IMG/VR virus record: IMGVR_UViG_3300009164_000055
DNA from: a virus
Lineage: Duplodnaviria > Heunggongvirae > Uroviricota > Caudoviricetes
Reading direction: 5' to 3' (one strand)
DNA: 64,000 nt
The notes under the pieces are model-generated. The model was not told the DNA's origin and did no database searches. It worked only from the letters and a program-made list of their open reading frames with translations. Positions 17,706-28,423 of this stretch are shown one piece after another. Position 1 is the first letter of the stretch. Each line of letters opens with the position of its first letter. A program made the translations under genes and the position numbers.

Positions 17706-19514
17706 ATGACAACTGAAAGTTATCTTGGGATTACCATTGATAAAGAAAGAGATGCTCTTTTCGATGAACTTGGATTAAAGCGTCTTAAAGAATCTTATAT
17801 GAAAGATGATGAAACATCACCCCAAGAGAGATTTGCTTTTGTTTCAACTGCCTTTGCTACAGACGCTGCACACGCTCAGCGTCTATATGACTATTCCAGT
17901 AAGCATTGGCTATCATATGCCACACCAATCCTCTCGTTTGGTCGTACAACAAATGGTATGCCCATTAGCTGCTTCCTTAACTATATCGAAGATACTGCTG
18001 AAGGTTTGGTAAAGAACTATGAAGAAACAAGTCGCTTGTCTATGATGGGCGGCGGTGTTGGTATTGGGTTTGGTATTCGTTCTGCTGGCGATAAGTCAAC
18101 AGGAGTTATGCCTCACCTTAAGACATATGATTCTGGTTCAATGGCATATCGTCAAGGTCGTACTCGTCGTGGTTCGTATGCAACATACTTGAATATCAGC
18201 CACCCTGATATCACAATGTATCTTGAGATGCGTAAGCCTACTGGTGATCCGAATGTTCGCTGTTTGAACCTTCACCATGCTGTAAACATCACAGATGACT
18301 TCATGGAAATTATCGAACGCTGTATGATTGATCCAGAAGCAGATGATTCGTGGCATCTACGTGACCCACATTCTGGTGAAATTCGTGATACTGTTTCTGC
18401 TAAGAATTTATGGCAGTCTTTGCTTGAAATTCGTATGCAGACAGGCGAACCATACATTCACTTCATCGATACTTCTAATCGTCAAATGAAGGACTTCCAG
18501 AAGGCACTTGGTCTACGTATTAACCAAAGCAATCTTTGCAGTGAAATCATTCTACCAACTGACAAGAGCCGCACTGCTGTATGTTGTTTGTCTTCACTAA
18601 ACCTAGATCATTTTGATGCATGGAGTAAGGCTGGCATCATTGAACCATTCATTCGTGATGTTGCTGAGATGTTGGATAATGTTCTTCAGTACTTCATTGA
18701 CAATGCTGATCGTAAAGTGAAACGTGCTATCTATTCTGCTACTCGTGAACGCTCTATTGGTGTTGGTGCTCTAGGTTTCCATGCTTATCTACAGAAGAAG
18801 AATGTTCCTTTTGAAAGTGCTGTTGCTAAGGCAATCAACATCAAGATTTTCAAGAACATCAATGCTGCTATGGAAAAGGCTAATCTTGATATAGGTACAG
18901 AACGTGGTGAAGCTCCTGATGCTGTTGGTACTGGTCGCCGCTTCTCTAACTGTATGGCGATTGCTCCTAATGCATCATCATCATTGATCATGGGTAACAC
19001 TTCAGCTTCTATTGAGCCAATGCCAGCCAACGCATATCGTCAAGATACATTGTCCGGTGCATTTCTTAATAAAAATAAATACCTTGATTTGATCATCAAG
19101 AAGGAAGCTGAAGACAAGAAAGATGGTTGGTATGATGACGTTTGGTCAAGCATCATTGCAAACGATGGTTCTGTTCAGCATTTAAATTGGCTTGACGATG
19201 ACACTAAGCTAGTATATAAGACTGCAATGGAAATTGATCAGCGTTGGGTTATTGACCTTGCTGCTGATCGCCAACAGTTTATTGATCAATCTCAATCACT
19301 TAACGTATTCTTTAGACCAACTGCCAATATCAAATATATTCATGCAGTCCACTTCCTTGCTTGGAAGCGTGGTCTTAAGACACTTTATTACTGCCGCTCA
19401 GAAAAGATCGGTAAGGCTGATAAGGTTTCGAAGAGAATTGAGCGTGAAGTCATTAAAGAAATTGATATGCAGAGCCTAGTAGATGGCGATACCTGCATCG
19501 CATGTGAAGGTTAA
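17706..19514 (+). CDS. nrdA: ribonucleotide reductase large subunit (NrdA-type, no long ATP-cone)
   Basis: 602 aa; RNR catalytic barrel motifs, C-terminal CxxC (CIACEG); followed by nrdC/nrdB. Confidence 0.8.
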   Translation: MTTESYLGITIDKERDALFDELGLKRLKESYMKDDETSPQERFAFVSTAFATDAAHAQRLYDYSSKHWLSYATPILSFGRTTNGMPISCFLNYIEDTAEGLVKNYEETSRLSMMGGGVGIGFGIRSAGDKSTGVMPHLKTYDSGSMAYRQGRTRRGSYATYLNISHPDITMYLEMRKPTGDPNVRCLNLHHAVNITDDFMEIIERCMIDPEADDSWHLRDPHSGEIRDTVSAKNLWQSLLEIRMQTGEPYIHFIDTSNRQMKDFQKALGLRINQSNLCSEIILPTDKSRTAVCCLSSLNLDHFDAWSKAGIIEPFIRDVAEMLDNVLQYFIDNADRKVKRAIYSATRERSIGVGALGFHAYLQKKNVPFESAVAKAINIKIFKNINAAMEKANLDIGTERGEAPDAVGTGRRFSNCMAIAPNASSSLIMGNTSASIEPMPANAYRQDTLSGAFLNKNKYLDLIIKKEAEDKKDGWYDDVWSSIIANDGSVQHLNWLDDDTKLVYKTAMEIDQRWVIDLAADRQQFIDQSQSLNVFFRPTANIKYIHAVHFLAWKRGLKTLYYCRSEKIGKADKVSKRIEREVIKEIDMQSLVDGDTCIACEG

Positions 19515-19517
19515 AAA

Positions 19518-19751
19518 ATGAAAGCAATTATTTACTCTAAGCCCGACTGTGGCTTTTGCGTTAAAGCAAAGGAATTTATGTGGGGGGCTGATATTGAGTA
19601 TAGTGAGTATACTGTAGGCATGGATGTTTTATGGGAAAATGTTCAGGCACGTGCACCAGTTGATATTACAACTGTTCCACAGATTTGGATTGATGGTCAA
19701 TATGTCGGTGGTTACACAGAGTTAGTCAAATGGTATTCGGAGAATCTCTAA
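19518..19751 (+). CDS. nrdC: glutaredoxin/thioredoxin-like NrdC
   Basis: 77 aa, CGFC active site, VPQIWIDGQYVGGY glutaredoxin C-terminal motif. Confidence 0.7.
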   Translation: MKAIIYSKPDCGFCVKAKEFMWGADIEYSEYTVGMDVLWENVQARAPVDITTVPQIWIDGQYVGGYTELVKWYSENL

Positions 19752-20743
19752 TGGCAAAGAAAAGTACAGAATCGTCCTTAATGGATACAAGGTCTTATTT
19801 TAAGCCTTTTAATTATAGTTGGGCATATGATGCTTGGCTAAAGCACGAACAAAGTCATTGGCTTCACACTGAAGTACCAATGCTTGAAGACCTTCAAGAT
19901 TGGAAGAAATTTCTTACCAGTGAAGAAAAGTATTTCCTAACCAACATCTTTCGTTTCTTCACACAAGGCGATATTGACGTTGCAAACGGTTATGTAAATA
20001 ACTACCTGCCACACTTTCGTCAACCTGAAGTACGTATGATGTTGTTGGGTTTTGCTGCTCGTGAAGCATTGCATATTGCTGCATACTCACACTTGATTGA
20101 AACTCTTGGTATGCCTGAAGCAACATACTCAGAATTTCTTGAGTATGAAGCTATGAAGGATAAGCACGAATATATCATAGAGATGGCTATTGCTGATAAT
20201 AACAAGCAAACGATTGCTGCAAACATTGCTGCATTCTCAGCCTTTACTGAAGGTATGCAGTTATTCTCTTCATTCATTATGCTATTGAACTTCCCTCGTC
20301 ATGGTCGTATGAAGGGTATGGGTCAGATTGTTACATGGTCAATTGTTGACGAAACAATCCATGCCGAATCAATGATCAAGGTATTCCGTACATATATTCA
20401 AGAGAATAATGAAATCTGGAATGATGAACTCAAGGAACGTATCTACGGTATTGCTGAAAAGATGGTTGCTCTTGAAGACAAGTTTATTGATCTATCATTC
20501 AGTATGGGTCCAATGCAGAACTTAACTTCTGATGAAGTGAAGAAGTATATTCGATATATTGCTGATCGTCGTTTGATTGCTCTTGGGCTAAAGGGTATCT
20601 TTAAAGTAAAGAAGAATCCACTTCCATGGGTTGAAGGTATGATCAATGCTCCATCTCATACAAACTTCTTTGAAAATCGTTCTACAGACTATGCTAAGGG
20701 CGCTCTGAGTGGAACTTGGCAGGATGTTTGGGCAGCATCATGA
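19751..20743 (+). CDS. nrdB: ribonucleotide reductase small subunit NrdB
   Basis: ferritin-like di-iron radical protein; start trimmed to TAATG-overlapping ATG. Confidence 0.8.
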   Translation: MAKKSTESSLMDTRSYFKPFNYSWAYDAWLKHEQSHWLHTEVPMLEDLQDWKKFLTSEEKYFLTNIFRFFTQGDIDVANGYVNNYLPHFRQPEVRMMLLGFAAREALHIAAYSHLIETLGMPEATYSEFLEYEAMKDKHEYIIEMAIADNNKQTIAANIAAFSAFTEGMQLFSSFIMLLNFPRHGRMKGMGQIVTWSIVDETIHAESMIKVFRTYIQENNEIWNDELKERIYGIAEKMVALEDKFIDLSFSMGPMQNLTSDEVKKYIRYIADRRLIALGLKGIFKVKKNPLPWVEGMINAPSHTNFFENRSTDYAKGALSGTWQDVWAAS

Positions 20744-20876
20744 TAAGTTATAGTATTGATATAATTGATGGAAAGTATTTTCTGAAATGTGAAGGTATGG
20801 ACTTCAATTTATTGCACAAGTATAGAAAACAAATAAAAAGAATGTGTGGTATTGAAATTTCAGGATGGGATTATAG

Positions 20877-21197
20877 ATGAAGAAATCTAAAACTTCTCTT
20901 TTTACTGAGAGAAATAAAGCGTCCTATTCTGGTGTTATTGAAGGTAGTACTTGGCGACACTACAAAGGAACAATATATAGAGTAACTGACATTGCATTTG
21001 ATTGTGATACAAATGCAATGTTGGTTGTATATCAGGTCGAAGATGAGTATGAAAAGGAATATCCATTCAGCTTTTCTAGACCATATAGTCAATGGCACGA
21101 TGAAGTTGAAGAAGGCGTTAGACGCTTTGAGCAGGTTGATGCCAGAACACTATACATGACAGATAAAGAATATTGTGATTATCATAGGAGTAAATGA
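20877..21197 (+). CDS. hypothetical protein
   Basis: 106 aa. Confidence 0.35.
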   Translation: MKKSKTSLFTERNKASYSGVIEGSTWRHYKGTIYRVTDIAFDCDTNAMLVVYQVEDEYEKEYPFSFSRPYSQWHDEVEEGVRRFEQVDARTLYMTDKEYCDYHRSK

Positions 21198-21391
21198 TGA
21201 TTAAAAAAGGTGATTGGATTACATTAGATAATGATAAGTGGTACGATCATGGAAGAAGATATCATGTCCTAGACTTTAATTGTCGTGAAGGTTCAACCGC
21301 TGTTGATCTTCATCTTGAGGATGAAGATGATAATATGTTTCATCGTACTGAATCTTCTAATATAATTATTGTGGAAAAGATAAATGATTGA
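21194..21391 (+). CDS. hypothetical protein
   Basis: 65 aa. Confidence 0.3.
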   Translation: MMIKKGDWITLDNDKWYDHGRRYHVLDFNCREGSTAVDLHLEDEDDNMFHRTESSNIIIVEKIND

Positions 21392-21560
21392 ACCATATGC
21401 TAATGTAGATGCTGCTGTTGATGACATTGCTAATCAACACTGGAAAAACATTACAACAGCAATGCTTACTCGTAATGTTGACTTGTTATATGATAATGCA
21501 ATTTCATTGAAAGCTTTGGAAGAAGCCAGAAAATCAGTTAAAAAGAAACTAAAACAATAA
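21384..21560 (+). CDS. small hypothetical protein (58 aa)
   Basis: fills 21392-21573 gap, overlaps upstream stop. Confidence 0.25.
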   Translation: MIEPYANVDAAVDDIANQHWKNITTAMLTRNVDLLYDNAISLKALEEARKSVKKKLKQ

Positions 21561-21573
21561 AAGGAAAAAAGGA

Positions 21574-21720
21574 ATGAAGTGGTACGAATGTGGAAGCTGT
21601 TTATCAGAATTTCGTGTTGTGTCTGATATTGATGACCCCATTGATTATTGCCCCTTCTGTGGTTCTGAAATAGAAAACAAAGAAGAAGAAGACGAAGATG
21701 GTTATGATTATAACGACTAA
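21574..21720 (+). CDS. small zinc-ribbon protein (48 aa)
   Basis: CGSC...CPFC pairs; SD AAGGAAAAAAGGA upstream. Confidence 0.35.
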   Translation: MKWYECGSCLSEFRVVSDIDDPIDYCPFCGSEIENKEEEDEDGYDYND

Positions 21721-21746
21721 ATAATACTCCTGAAGTGGAGTATAAA

Positions 21747-22169
21747 ATGTGGTTATATAAAAACAAAGAATTAACTGAATTGCCAGCAGGGTGTGAGGCA
21801 TTTGTCTACTTGATTACTAACAAAATATCTGGTATGATGTATGTTGGTAAAAAGTTAGCAAAGTTTAAAATCACAAAGCCACCGCTTAAAGGCAAGAAAA
21901 ACAAAAGACGTTCTACAAAAGAAAGTGATTGGCGAGAATATTGGGGTTCTAGCGACAGACTAAATGCCGATGTAGAACAACTTGGCCCTGAAAATTTTAC
22001 AAGAGAAATTTTGCATTTTTGTCCAAGTAGAGGTATTGCTAGTTATCTGGAAGCAAGAGAACAATTTGAACGTAGAGTATTAGAAACCGATGATTACTAT
22101 AATGGTATCATAAACGTAAGAATTGGTGGATCAAACATTTTGAAAGAACATTTAAAAACTATAGAATAA
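21747..22169 (+). CDS. GIY-YIG nuclease-domain protein
   Basis: VYLITNKISGMMYVGKK matches GIY-(10)-YIG spacing; 141 aa. Confidence 0.5.
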   Translation: MWLYKNKELTELPAGCEAFVYLITNKISGMMYVGKKLAKFKITKPPLKGKKNKRRSTKESDWREYWGSSDRLNADVEQLGPENFTREILHFCPSRGIASYLEAREQFERRVLETDDYYNGIINVRIGGSNILKEHLKTIE

Positions 22170-22183
22170 AGGGAATTTATGAG

Positions 22184-22570
22184 TTGCTACAGATATTGGA
22201 ACATAAGCATCTAATTGTACGAGCAGAATTGTTTAATCCGCCACAGTGCGTTGAAGCAATTCAAGATTGGATGAAGAAGCTCGTGGATAAGATTGGCATG
22301 AAAATTCTCATGGGTCCATATGCAGTGTATTCTGATATGGTTGGTAATAGGGGCTTGACTGCTGTTACAATTATTGAGACTAGTCATATTGCTATGCATG
22401 TCTGGGATGAAGTTGATCCTGCACTTATGCAACTTGATGTATATACGTGCTCTACGTTAGATATTAAAAATGTGTTTGATGCATTAGAAGAATTCGGTCC
22501 TACAGAAATTGAGTATAAGTATATTGATCGTGAACATAATTTGACTGTTCTAGATCATGGTAAAAAATGA
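22184..22570 (+). CDS. speD: S-adenosylmethionine decarboxylase proenzyme (pyruvoyl, SpeH/SpeD class)
   Basis: LEHKHLIV N-terminus and ETSHIAMHVWDE matching the ESHISIHTWPE self-cleavage site; TTG start inferred. Confidence 0.65.
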   Translation: MLQILEHKHLIVRAELFNPPQCVEAIQDWMKKLVDKIGMKILMGPYAVYSDMVGNRGLTAVTIIETSHIAMHVWDEVDPALMQLDVYTCSTLDIKNVFDALEEFGPTEIEYKYIDREHNLTVLDHGKK

Positions 22571-22584
22571 AAGGTGAATAAACT

Positions 22585-22854
22585 ATGGGTAAGAAGCGCA
22601 GTCGTAAGACACAGGTGTCGAAGGGTGAACGCCGTTCAATTGGACGTTGGGCAGTAAATGCTGTTCGTCGTGATAGATCAGAATTTGATAAGATGATTAA
22701 CAAGCTTGAGGCTTGGAGAAAGGGGCAGAATCCTTGGATTACAGTTCCCGGCACAGCAAGCAACATGCGTTTCATTAGGGTACGTGCAAACACACTCTAT
22801 GGCAGTCCAAAAGCTGCTAGAGCAAATATTTATGGAAACAAAGGTGAAGAATGA
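22585..22854 (+). CDS. small basic hypothetical protein
   Basis: 89 aa, Arg/Lys rich. Confidence 0.35.
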   Translation: MGKKRSRKTQVSKGERRSIGRWAVNAVRRDRSEFDKMINKLEAWRKGQNPWITVPGTASNMRFIRVRANTLYGSPKAARANIYGNKGEE

Positions 22855-23849
22855 GTGAATTGAATATTTTTGGTAAGGATACTCAGGCAAAGAATGCCAT
22901 GGGTGGAACTGAGCTTATGAAGTATGGTCTTGAGAAACGTCTTCCTAAAGACCTCCTGTCAAACTTTCAAATCTTTGTGTCTCGTATTGAAGAAGACTTT
23001 GATGAGACAAAGATTCGTCTACTATGGTGTCATGATCTTCCAAACGATCCAGCATCCCATCATCTAGCCAATAATGGATGGAAGAATTTCCATCGTATTA
23101 TCTTTGCGTCTAATTGGCAGATGCAAGCATACATTCAAACATATAACATTCCTTGGTCACATTGTGTGGTCATGCAGAATGCAATTGATCCTATTGAAGA
23201 TCACAAGAAGCCAAACGATGGTACGATTCGTCTTGCCTATTGGTCAACACCACATCGTGGTCTGAACATTCTTGTTCCTGTATTCGATAAGCTATGCGAG
23301 AAGTATGATAACATCGAACTTGATGTTTATTCTTCGTTTAAGCTTTATGGTTGGGAGCAACGTGATAAGGAATTCCAGCCGCTGTTTGATCAGTGCAAGA
23401 ATCATCCAAAGATCAACTATCATGGTACTGTTCCAAATGAAACTCTTCGTAAGAACCTGAAGAACACCCATATTCTTGCCTACCCATCAACTTGGCCTGA
23501 AACATCATGCATCACATTGATGGAAGGTATGTCTGCTGGTCTAATGTGTGTACATCCTAACTTTGCAGCACTCTATGAGACTTCTGCAAACTGGTCACAC
23601 ATGTATCAGTGGCAAGAAGACCCTAACCAACACGCATCTGTTTTCTACAGTGTTCTAGATAGCTCAATTCAAAGCTTCTGGGACGAAGGTGTGCAGTCAC
23701 GTCTATCCTCACAGTCATCATATGCAAACGTGTATTATAACTGGAATATTCGTGCATTGCAATGGGAAAGTTTATTGACAACTCTTTTGGATATGCCACG
23801 TGCATTGCCAAAGCCAGAAGGTCAATTTTTCCAGTATAGAACTCCATAA
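22851..23849 (+). CDS. glycosyltransferase (GT1/GT4-like C-terminal domain)
   Basis: PETSCITLMEGMSAGLMCV matches E..G...EAMA.G.P motif of GT4 family. Confidence 0.45.
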   Translation: MSELNIFGKDTQAKNAMGGTELMKYGLEKRLPKDLLSNFQIFVSRIEEDFDETKIRLLWCHDLPNDPASHHLANNGWKNFHRIIFASNWQMQAYIQTYNIPWSHCVVMQNAIDPIEDHKKPNDGTIRLAYWSTPHRGLNILVPVFDKLCEKYDNIELDVYSSFKLYGWEQRDKEFQPLFDQCKNHPKINYHGTVPNETLRKNLKNTHILAYPSTWPETSCITLMEGMSAGLMCVHPNFAALYETSANWSHMYQWQEDPNQHASVFYSVLDSSIQSFWDEGVQSRLSSQSSYANVYYNWNIRALQWESLLTTLLDMPRALPKPEGQFFQYRTP

Positions 23850-23916
23850 AACTCCTTGACATTCCTCATGGATGCTCTATTATGATTGATCTACTTATAG
23901 TATCCATGAGGATTTT

Positions 23917-25026
23917 ATGATTAAAACAACAAAAAGAAAAGCCACCACTCGTCGCCCAAAGTTTGCCGATGAGCGTTGGACAGGACCAGAGCCAGAAAAC
24001 GATGTTGCTATTGTTGACAGCAATGATCTTCGTTATGGCAAAGCGTTAAGTTGGTATAATTATTATTATGATAATGAACAAGCAAAAGCTTGGTTGTTGG
24101 AATATATGAAGAATAATAATTATGCTGAAACTTTAATTGCAGATGTTAAGTCTGCACCACCAATCCGCACAATAACCACTGTGGGATGGACGGCTAGACT
24201 TATGCTTAAGGGATGGTCGTTCCCTGATAAGTCTATGGAAAAATTTAATTCTCACATTCAAGAAAATGCTTCTTTTGCTAAGCATGAAAAGAATAACGAT
24301 GCGCCAAAGGTTGTTGTCAACATTCAAGACAAGATCGCCGCAAAGGCTCGTGAGCTTCGTGGTAAGCTTGACGAACATATTGATAAGTTTGTTTTTGATG
24401 GCGTTGATGAAAAATTTTCTTTGTACAACTTTCTTCAGGTTGAGAAGCCATCTCCTGTTGGTATGAATATGGTTTTGACTTACGTTACTTCTCTATATCA
24501 AGAGTTGTTGAGTAAGGATGGATATGAACACCTTTCAACATGGAAGTATAATTCATGGCTTAAGTTCTATAAGACACTAGCTGACGATGCTGATCGCTAT
24601 CACGCAAACATGAAGATTACACGTCAGGTTCGTAAGCCACGTGCTATCAAGGTAAAGCCAGCAGCTAAGCTTGTCGAAAAGGTAAAGTTCAAGAAGGAAG
24701 ATGCTGAGCAAAAGCTTGTGAGTATCAATCCAGTTGACATTATCAAGGCTCAAACTCTCTGGGTTTACAACACTAAATATAGACAGCTATCAGTGTATCA
24801 TGCTATTGATGATGGTGGTTTGTCAGTTAAGGGTACGACTGTTACTCAGTTTGATGAGAAAAAGTCTGTATCAAAGCGTCTACGCAAACCACAAGAAGTT
24901 CTACCTCAATTGCTTGGTGCAGGTAAGATTGCTCTTAGGTCATTCATGGATGGCATTAAGACCAACACAACCGTACCAACTGGTCGCATCAACGAAGATG
25001 TAATATTATTGAGGATAACTAAATGA
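23917..25026 (+). CDS. hypothetical protein
   Basis: 369 aa. Confidence 0.4.
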   Translation: MIKTTKRKATTRRPKFADERWTGPEPENDVAIVDSNDLRYGKALSWYNYYYDNEQAKAWLLEYMKNNNYAETLIADVKSAPPIRTITTVGWTARLMLKGWSFPDKSMEKFNSHIQENASFAKHEKNNDAPKVVVNIQDKIAAKARELRGKLDEHIDKFVFDGVDEKFSLYNFLQVEKPSPVGMNMVLTYVTSLYQELLSKDGYEHLSTWKYNSWLKFYKTLADDADRYHANMKITRQVRKPRAIKVKPAAKLVEKVKFKKEDAEQKLVSINPVDIIKAQTLWVYNTKYRQLSVYHAIDDGGLSVKGTTVTQFDEKKSVSKRLRKPQEVLPQLLGAGKIALRSFMDGIKTNTTVPTGRINEDVILLRITK

Positions 25027-25385
25027 AAGATAACGTAGTAATGTTCCCAAAGGCTAAGAGGGACAGTCCTCTTAATACTAGAGAAGAAGTTGAAGCAAAA
25101 GTCGTTGAAGGCAGAAAAGAGCACGTTGAATATATCATTGACGAAACTCTTTCATTTGTTTTCAGTCGTTGTTATGAAGAAGGTTTTAATCTGAATAATG
25201 ATGATTGCTTTAAAACTACTGGTATGCTAGTAGAGTCGATGAGAGCAGCACTATTTAAAAGCGTTGGAATTGTCCATCCATTACACCTAGTAGCTGAAGA
25301 GCTTTTTGTTAGTGATGAAGATGCAATTGAGCAAACTGAAAGTATTATGGCAAAAAGTCTTGATGAGGAATACTTGGAAGACTAA
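25023..25385 (+). CDS. hypothetical acidic protein
   Basis: 120 aa. Confidence 0.35.
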   Translation: MKDNVVMFPKAKRDSPLNTREEVEAKVVEGRKEHVEYIIDETLSFVFSRCYEEGFNLNNDDCFKTTGMLVESMRAALFKSVGIVHPLHLVAEELFVSDEDAIEQTESIMAKSLDEEYLED

Positions 25386-25414
25386 ATAGATCATGAAATA
25401 TAAGGTATGATAAT

Positions 25415-26272
25415 GTGTTTATAGTCGATTTATCTCAAACAATGATTTCTACGTTCATGGCAACGATTGGAAATCATACTAACATCCCTGTAGAAGAAGA
25501 CCTTCTACGACATATGGTGCTAAATGCTATTCGTAGTTACAACGTCAAGTTCCGTAGAGAATATGGACAGATGATTATTGCTTGCGATGACCGCCGTAGT
25601 TGGCGTAAAGAGCTATACCCATATTACAAGGCGAACCGCCATAAGGATCGTGAAGAATCTGAGATTGATTGGAACACCGTGTTCGAAGTTCTCAACAAGG
25701 TTCGTGACGAACTCAAAGAATATTTCCCATACAAAGTTATTCATATCGATAGAGCAGAAGCTGATGATATCATTGGTACGCTAGTTCATGAGAACGGCAA
25801 CACCCTTGAGAAGATCATGATTGTTTCTGGCGATAAAGACTTTCGTCAATTGCAAACGTATACCAACGTCAAGCAATACGATCCCACACGCAAAAAATAT
25901 CTAGAAGAACGTGATCCTGATCGTTATCTACGTGAGCACATTTTACGTGGCGACAGAGGCGATGGTGTGCCTAACTTCCTTTCACAAGACGATTGTTTTG
26001 TGCTTGGTGTAAGGCAGAAGCAGTTAAGGGAAACAAAGATTGATCAGTGGGTCAATCAAAACCCTGATGAATTTTGTGATGAAGTAATGTTGAAGCGTTA
26101 CAATAGAAATAAGCAGATGGTTGATCTGTCTCTGATTCCTGATGATATCAAGGCATCAATCAATCAATCATATGCAGAACAGGAAGATGTGAAGAAGAGC
26201 AGAAATGATTTGTTCAACTACTTCATTCAACACAAACTAAAACATCTAATTGACAATATTAATGAATTTTGA
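25415..26272 (+). CDS. rnh: RNase H / 5'-3' flap exonuclease, T4 rnh type
   Basis: DRAEADD, SGDKDFRQL, NVKQYDP, RGDRGDGV and C-terminal NINEF align with T4 RNase H; GTG start. Confidence 0.85.
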   Translation: MFIVDLSQTMISTFMATIGNHTNIPVEEDLLRHMVLNAIRSYNVKFRREYGQMIIACDDRRSWRKELYPYYKANRHKDREESEIDWNTVFEVLNKVRDELKEYFPYKVIHIDRAEADDIIGTLVHENGNTLEKIMIVSGDKDFRQLQTYTNVKQYDPTRKKYLEERDPDRYLREHILRGDRGDGVPNFLSQDDCFVLGVRQKQLRETKIDQWVNQNPDEFCDEVMLKRYNRNKQMVDLSLIPDDIKASINQSYAEQEDVKKSRNDLFNYFIQHKLKHLIDNINEF

Positions 26273-26283
26273 TAGGAAAAATA

Positions 26284-26697
26284 ATGGCACGTAAATCAAT
26301 CGCATGGATTTTGGACTTTACTTCAAAGTTACCAAATGAAGAAGAGCAAATTAGATGCTTACAAGCAAATGATACCTTTGCTCTAAGAACTGTTCTAGCA
26401 GGAGCATTTGATCCTAACATCAAGTGGCTTCTTCCAGAAGGTGATGCTCCATATACTCCATGCGAATATCCAAACATGGAAAACTCGCTTTATCTTGAAG
26501 CGAGACGTATGTACCTTTTTGTTGATGGTGGAAATAATAACTTGAACCCTCGCAAGAGAGAAGCTATGTTCTTAGAACTGCTTCAAACCGTAACCCCTGA
26601 AGATGCAAAGCTTCTAATTGCTGTAAAGGATAAGAAGCTACCATTCGAAGGACTTTCTGCAAAAACCGTGCTAAAAGCATTTCCAAAGCTTTTTTAA
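26284..26697 (+). CDS. hypothetical protein
   Basis: start trimmed to ATG with SD. Confidence 0.35.
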   Translation: MARKSIAWILDFTSKLPNEEEQIRCLQANDTFALRTVLAGAFDPNIKWLLPEGDAPYTPCEYPNMENSLYLEARRMYLFVDGGNNNLNPRKREAMFLELLQTVTPEDAKLLIAVKDKKLPFEGLSAKTVLKAFPKLF

Positions 26698-26715
26698 ATA
26701 CCACCGGAGTTATTA

Positions 26716-26886
26716 ATGAGTAAGAAGTTTTCACGCAGCCCACAGTTTGATGACTATTATGACGAAGATGAATACAACAATGGATATCATGATAGTTTAA
26801 AAGAACGTAGAAAGCTGAAGAGAATGAAGAATGCGTTGAAAACACGCAATGTCGATTACCTCTTAGACCTAGACGAAGAGTTTTAA
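26716..26886 (+). CDS. small hypothetical protein (56 aa)
   Basis: fills gap; acidic/basic mixed. Confidence 0.25.
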   Translation: MSKKFSRSPQFDDYYDEDEYNNGYHDSLKERRKLKRMKNALKTRNVDYLLDLDEEF

Positions 26887-26889
26887 TTA

Positions 26890-27198
26890 ATGCCGATATA
26901 TTCTGTCCACAATACAGAAACAGATGAGCCAGAAGAAGACTTCTGGGGATCGTGGGATGCTCTTCAAACATATCTTGAAGAGCATCCACATCTACGACAA
27001 ACAATTACCGCACCCAACTTTGTTTCTGGGGTAGCAGGTATCACCCATAAAAATGACAGTGGATTTAAAGATATGCTTTCACGCATATCTGATGCTAACC
27101 CACATTCACCTCTTGCTCAAACACATGGCAAAAAGGGTGTCAAAGAAACTAAAACTAGAGAGGCTGTGAACAAAGCAAGAGCAAAACAGCCTTACTAG
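26890..27198 (+). CDS. hypothetical protein
   Basis: 102 aa. Confidence 0.35.
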   Translation: MPIYSVHNTETDEPEEDFWGSWDALQTYLEEHPHLRQTITAPNFVSGVAGITHKNDSGFKDMLSRISDANPHSPLAQTHGKKGVKETKTREAVNKARAKQPY

Positions 27199-27253
27199 AC
27201 AGGTATATATTATGCTTCAGTGATAACACTAACAACACTAGGAGCCAACCAAT

Positions 27254-28009
27254 ATGGTAGCCAGAAGCACTCAGCGTTTAACTAGAAGACAACAGAGACT
27301 AGCTGAAAAGGGAACAATAAAACTTGTTCCAACTATCAAGCAACAACACTTTGATTTAGAAGATATCTACCCAATGACTGATAATCAAGTGGCGACATTT
27401 GATGCATATGATGAGGGTAAAAATCTGTTCTTACATGGTTGTGCTGGTACTGGCAAAACTTTCATTTCAATGTTTCTTGCACTTAACGAAATCATGAATG
27501 AAAGAACACCTCGCAAAAAACTCGTTATCATTCGCAATACGCAGTCATCAAAAGATCAAGGATTTTTACCAGGTAATGTCAAAGAAAAGGGAGAGATTTT
27601 CGAAGCAGCCTATAGAGCTATCTGCTGCGAGTTGTTCCACCGTGATGATGCTTATGAAATCCTTAAGCAAAAAGGAATCATCGAATTCCACACCACATCA
27701 TTCCTTCGTGGAACCACCATCGACAACGCCATTATCCTCGTAGATGAAGTTCAAAACCAACGCTATGTTGAGCTAAGAACCGTCTTGACAAGAACTGGAG
27801 ATAATAGTAAAGTGATTCTTTGTGGCGACACAAAGCAGGATGACCTGTCTTCGACTCGCTACAATGAAGTGTCCGGTCTTAAGGATATGATGAAAGTATT
27901 TGAACGCATGGGCCTTATGTCTACCGTTCAATTTGGTATTGATGATATTGTGCGCTCTGGCTTTGTCAAATCGTTCATTATCGCTGAGTATGAATTAGGA
28001 CTATATTGA
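27254..28009 (+). CDS. phoH: PhoH-like ATPase
   Basis: Walker A GCAGTGKT, Walker B LVDEVQN; typical marine phage phoH length. Confidence 0.85.
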   Translation: MVARSTQRLTRRQQRLAEKGTIKLVPTIKQQHFDLEDIYPMTDNQVATFDAYDEGKNLFLHGCAGTGKTFISMFLALNEIMNERTPRKKLVIIRNTQSSKDQGFLPGNVKEKGEIFEAAYRAICCELFHRDDAYEILKQKGIIEFHTTSFLRGTTIDNAIILVDEVQNQRYVELRTVLTRTGDNSKVILCGDTKQDDLSSTRYNEVSGLKDMMKVFERMGLMSTVQFGIDDIVRSGFVKSFIIAEYELGLY

Positions 28010-28023
28010 TAAAGGAATGAAAA

Positions 28024-28269
28024 ATGGATAATGAAAATGCACAAATAATTTTTAATAAAATGAATGAAACACTCCCTTTTATTAAAGAAATGGATTTTAT
28101 AAGTGAGTTTGTATTGAAGCACTATAATATTGGAGATAGTAATTTACATGATATTATTTATGAAGCTCAATGTTGTTTTGAAGAAATTTGGGATGCTGCT
28201 TTTAAATCCAATAAGGGTCACATTCTAGGTTTTGATAAACGTTTAGTGAAAGGAATACAAAATGGATAA
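28024..28269 (+). CDS. hypothetical protein
   Basis: 81 aa. Confidence 0.3.
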   Translation: MDNENAQIIFNKMNETLPFIKEMDFISEFVLKHYNIGDSNLHDIIYEAQCCFEEIWDAAFKSNKGHILGFDKRLVKGIQNG

Positions 28270-28423
28270 GCGTGAATTTGTACAATATTATTTGATTGAA
28301 AATTATGATGGCGGTAATATGTATATGATGATTGATACTGCTGTAAAAATTTTTGATGCAATTGAAGAAACTTTTGTAAAGCCTGTAGTTTCTACTGATC
28401 TTTGGAAAAATGAACAAAGGTAA
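28262..28423 (+). CDS. small hypothetical protein (53 aa)
   Basis: fills gap, TAATG overlap with next gene. Confidence 0.25.
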   Translation: MDKREFVQYYLIENYDGGNMYMMIDTAVKIFDAIEETFVKPVVSTDLWKNEQR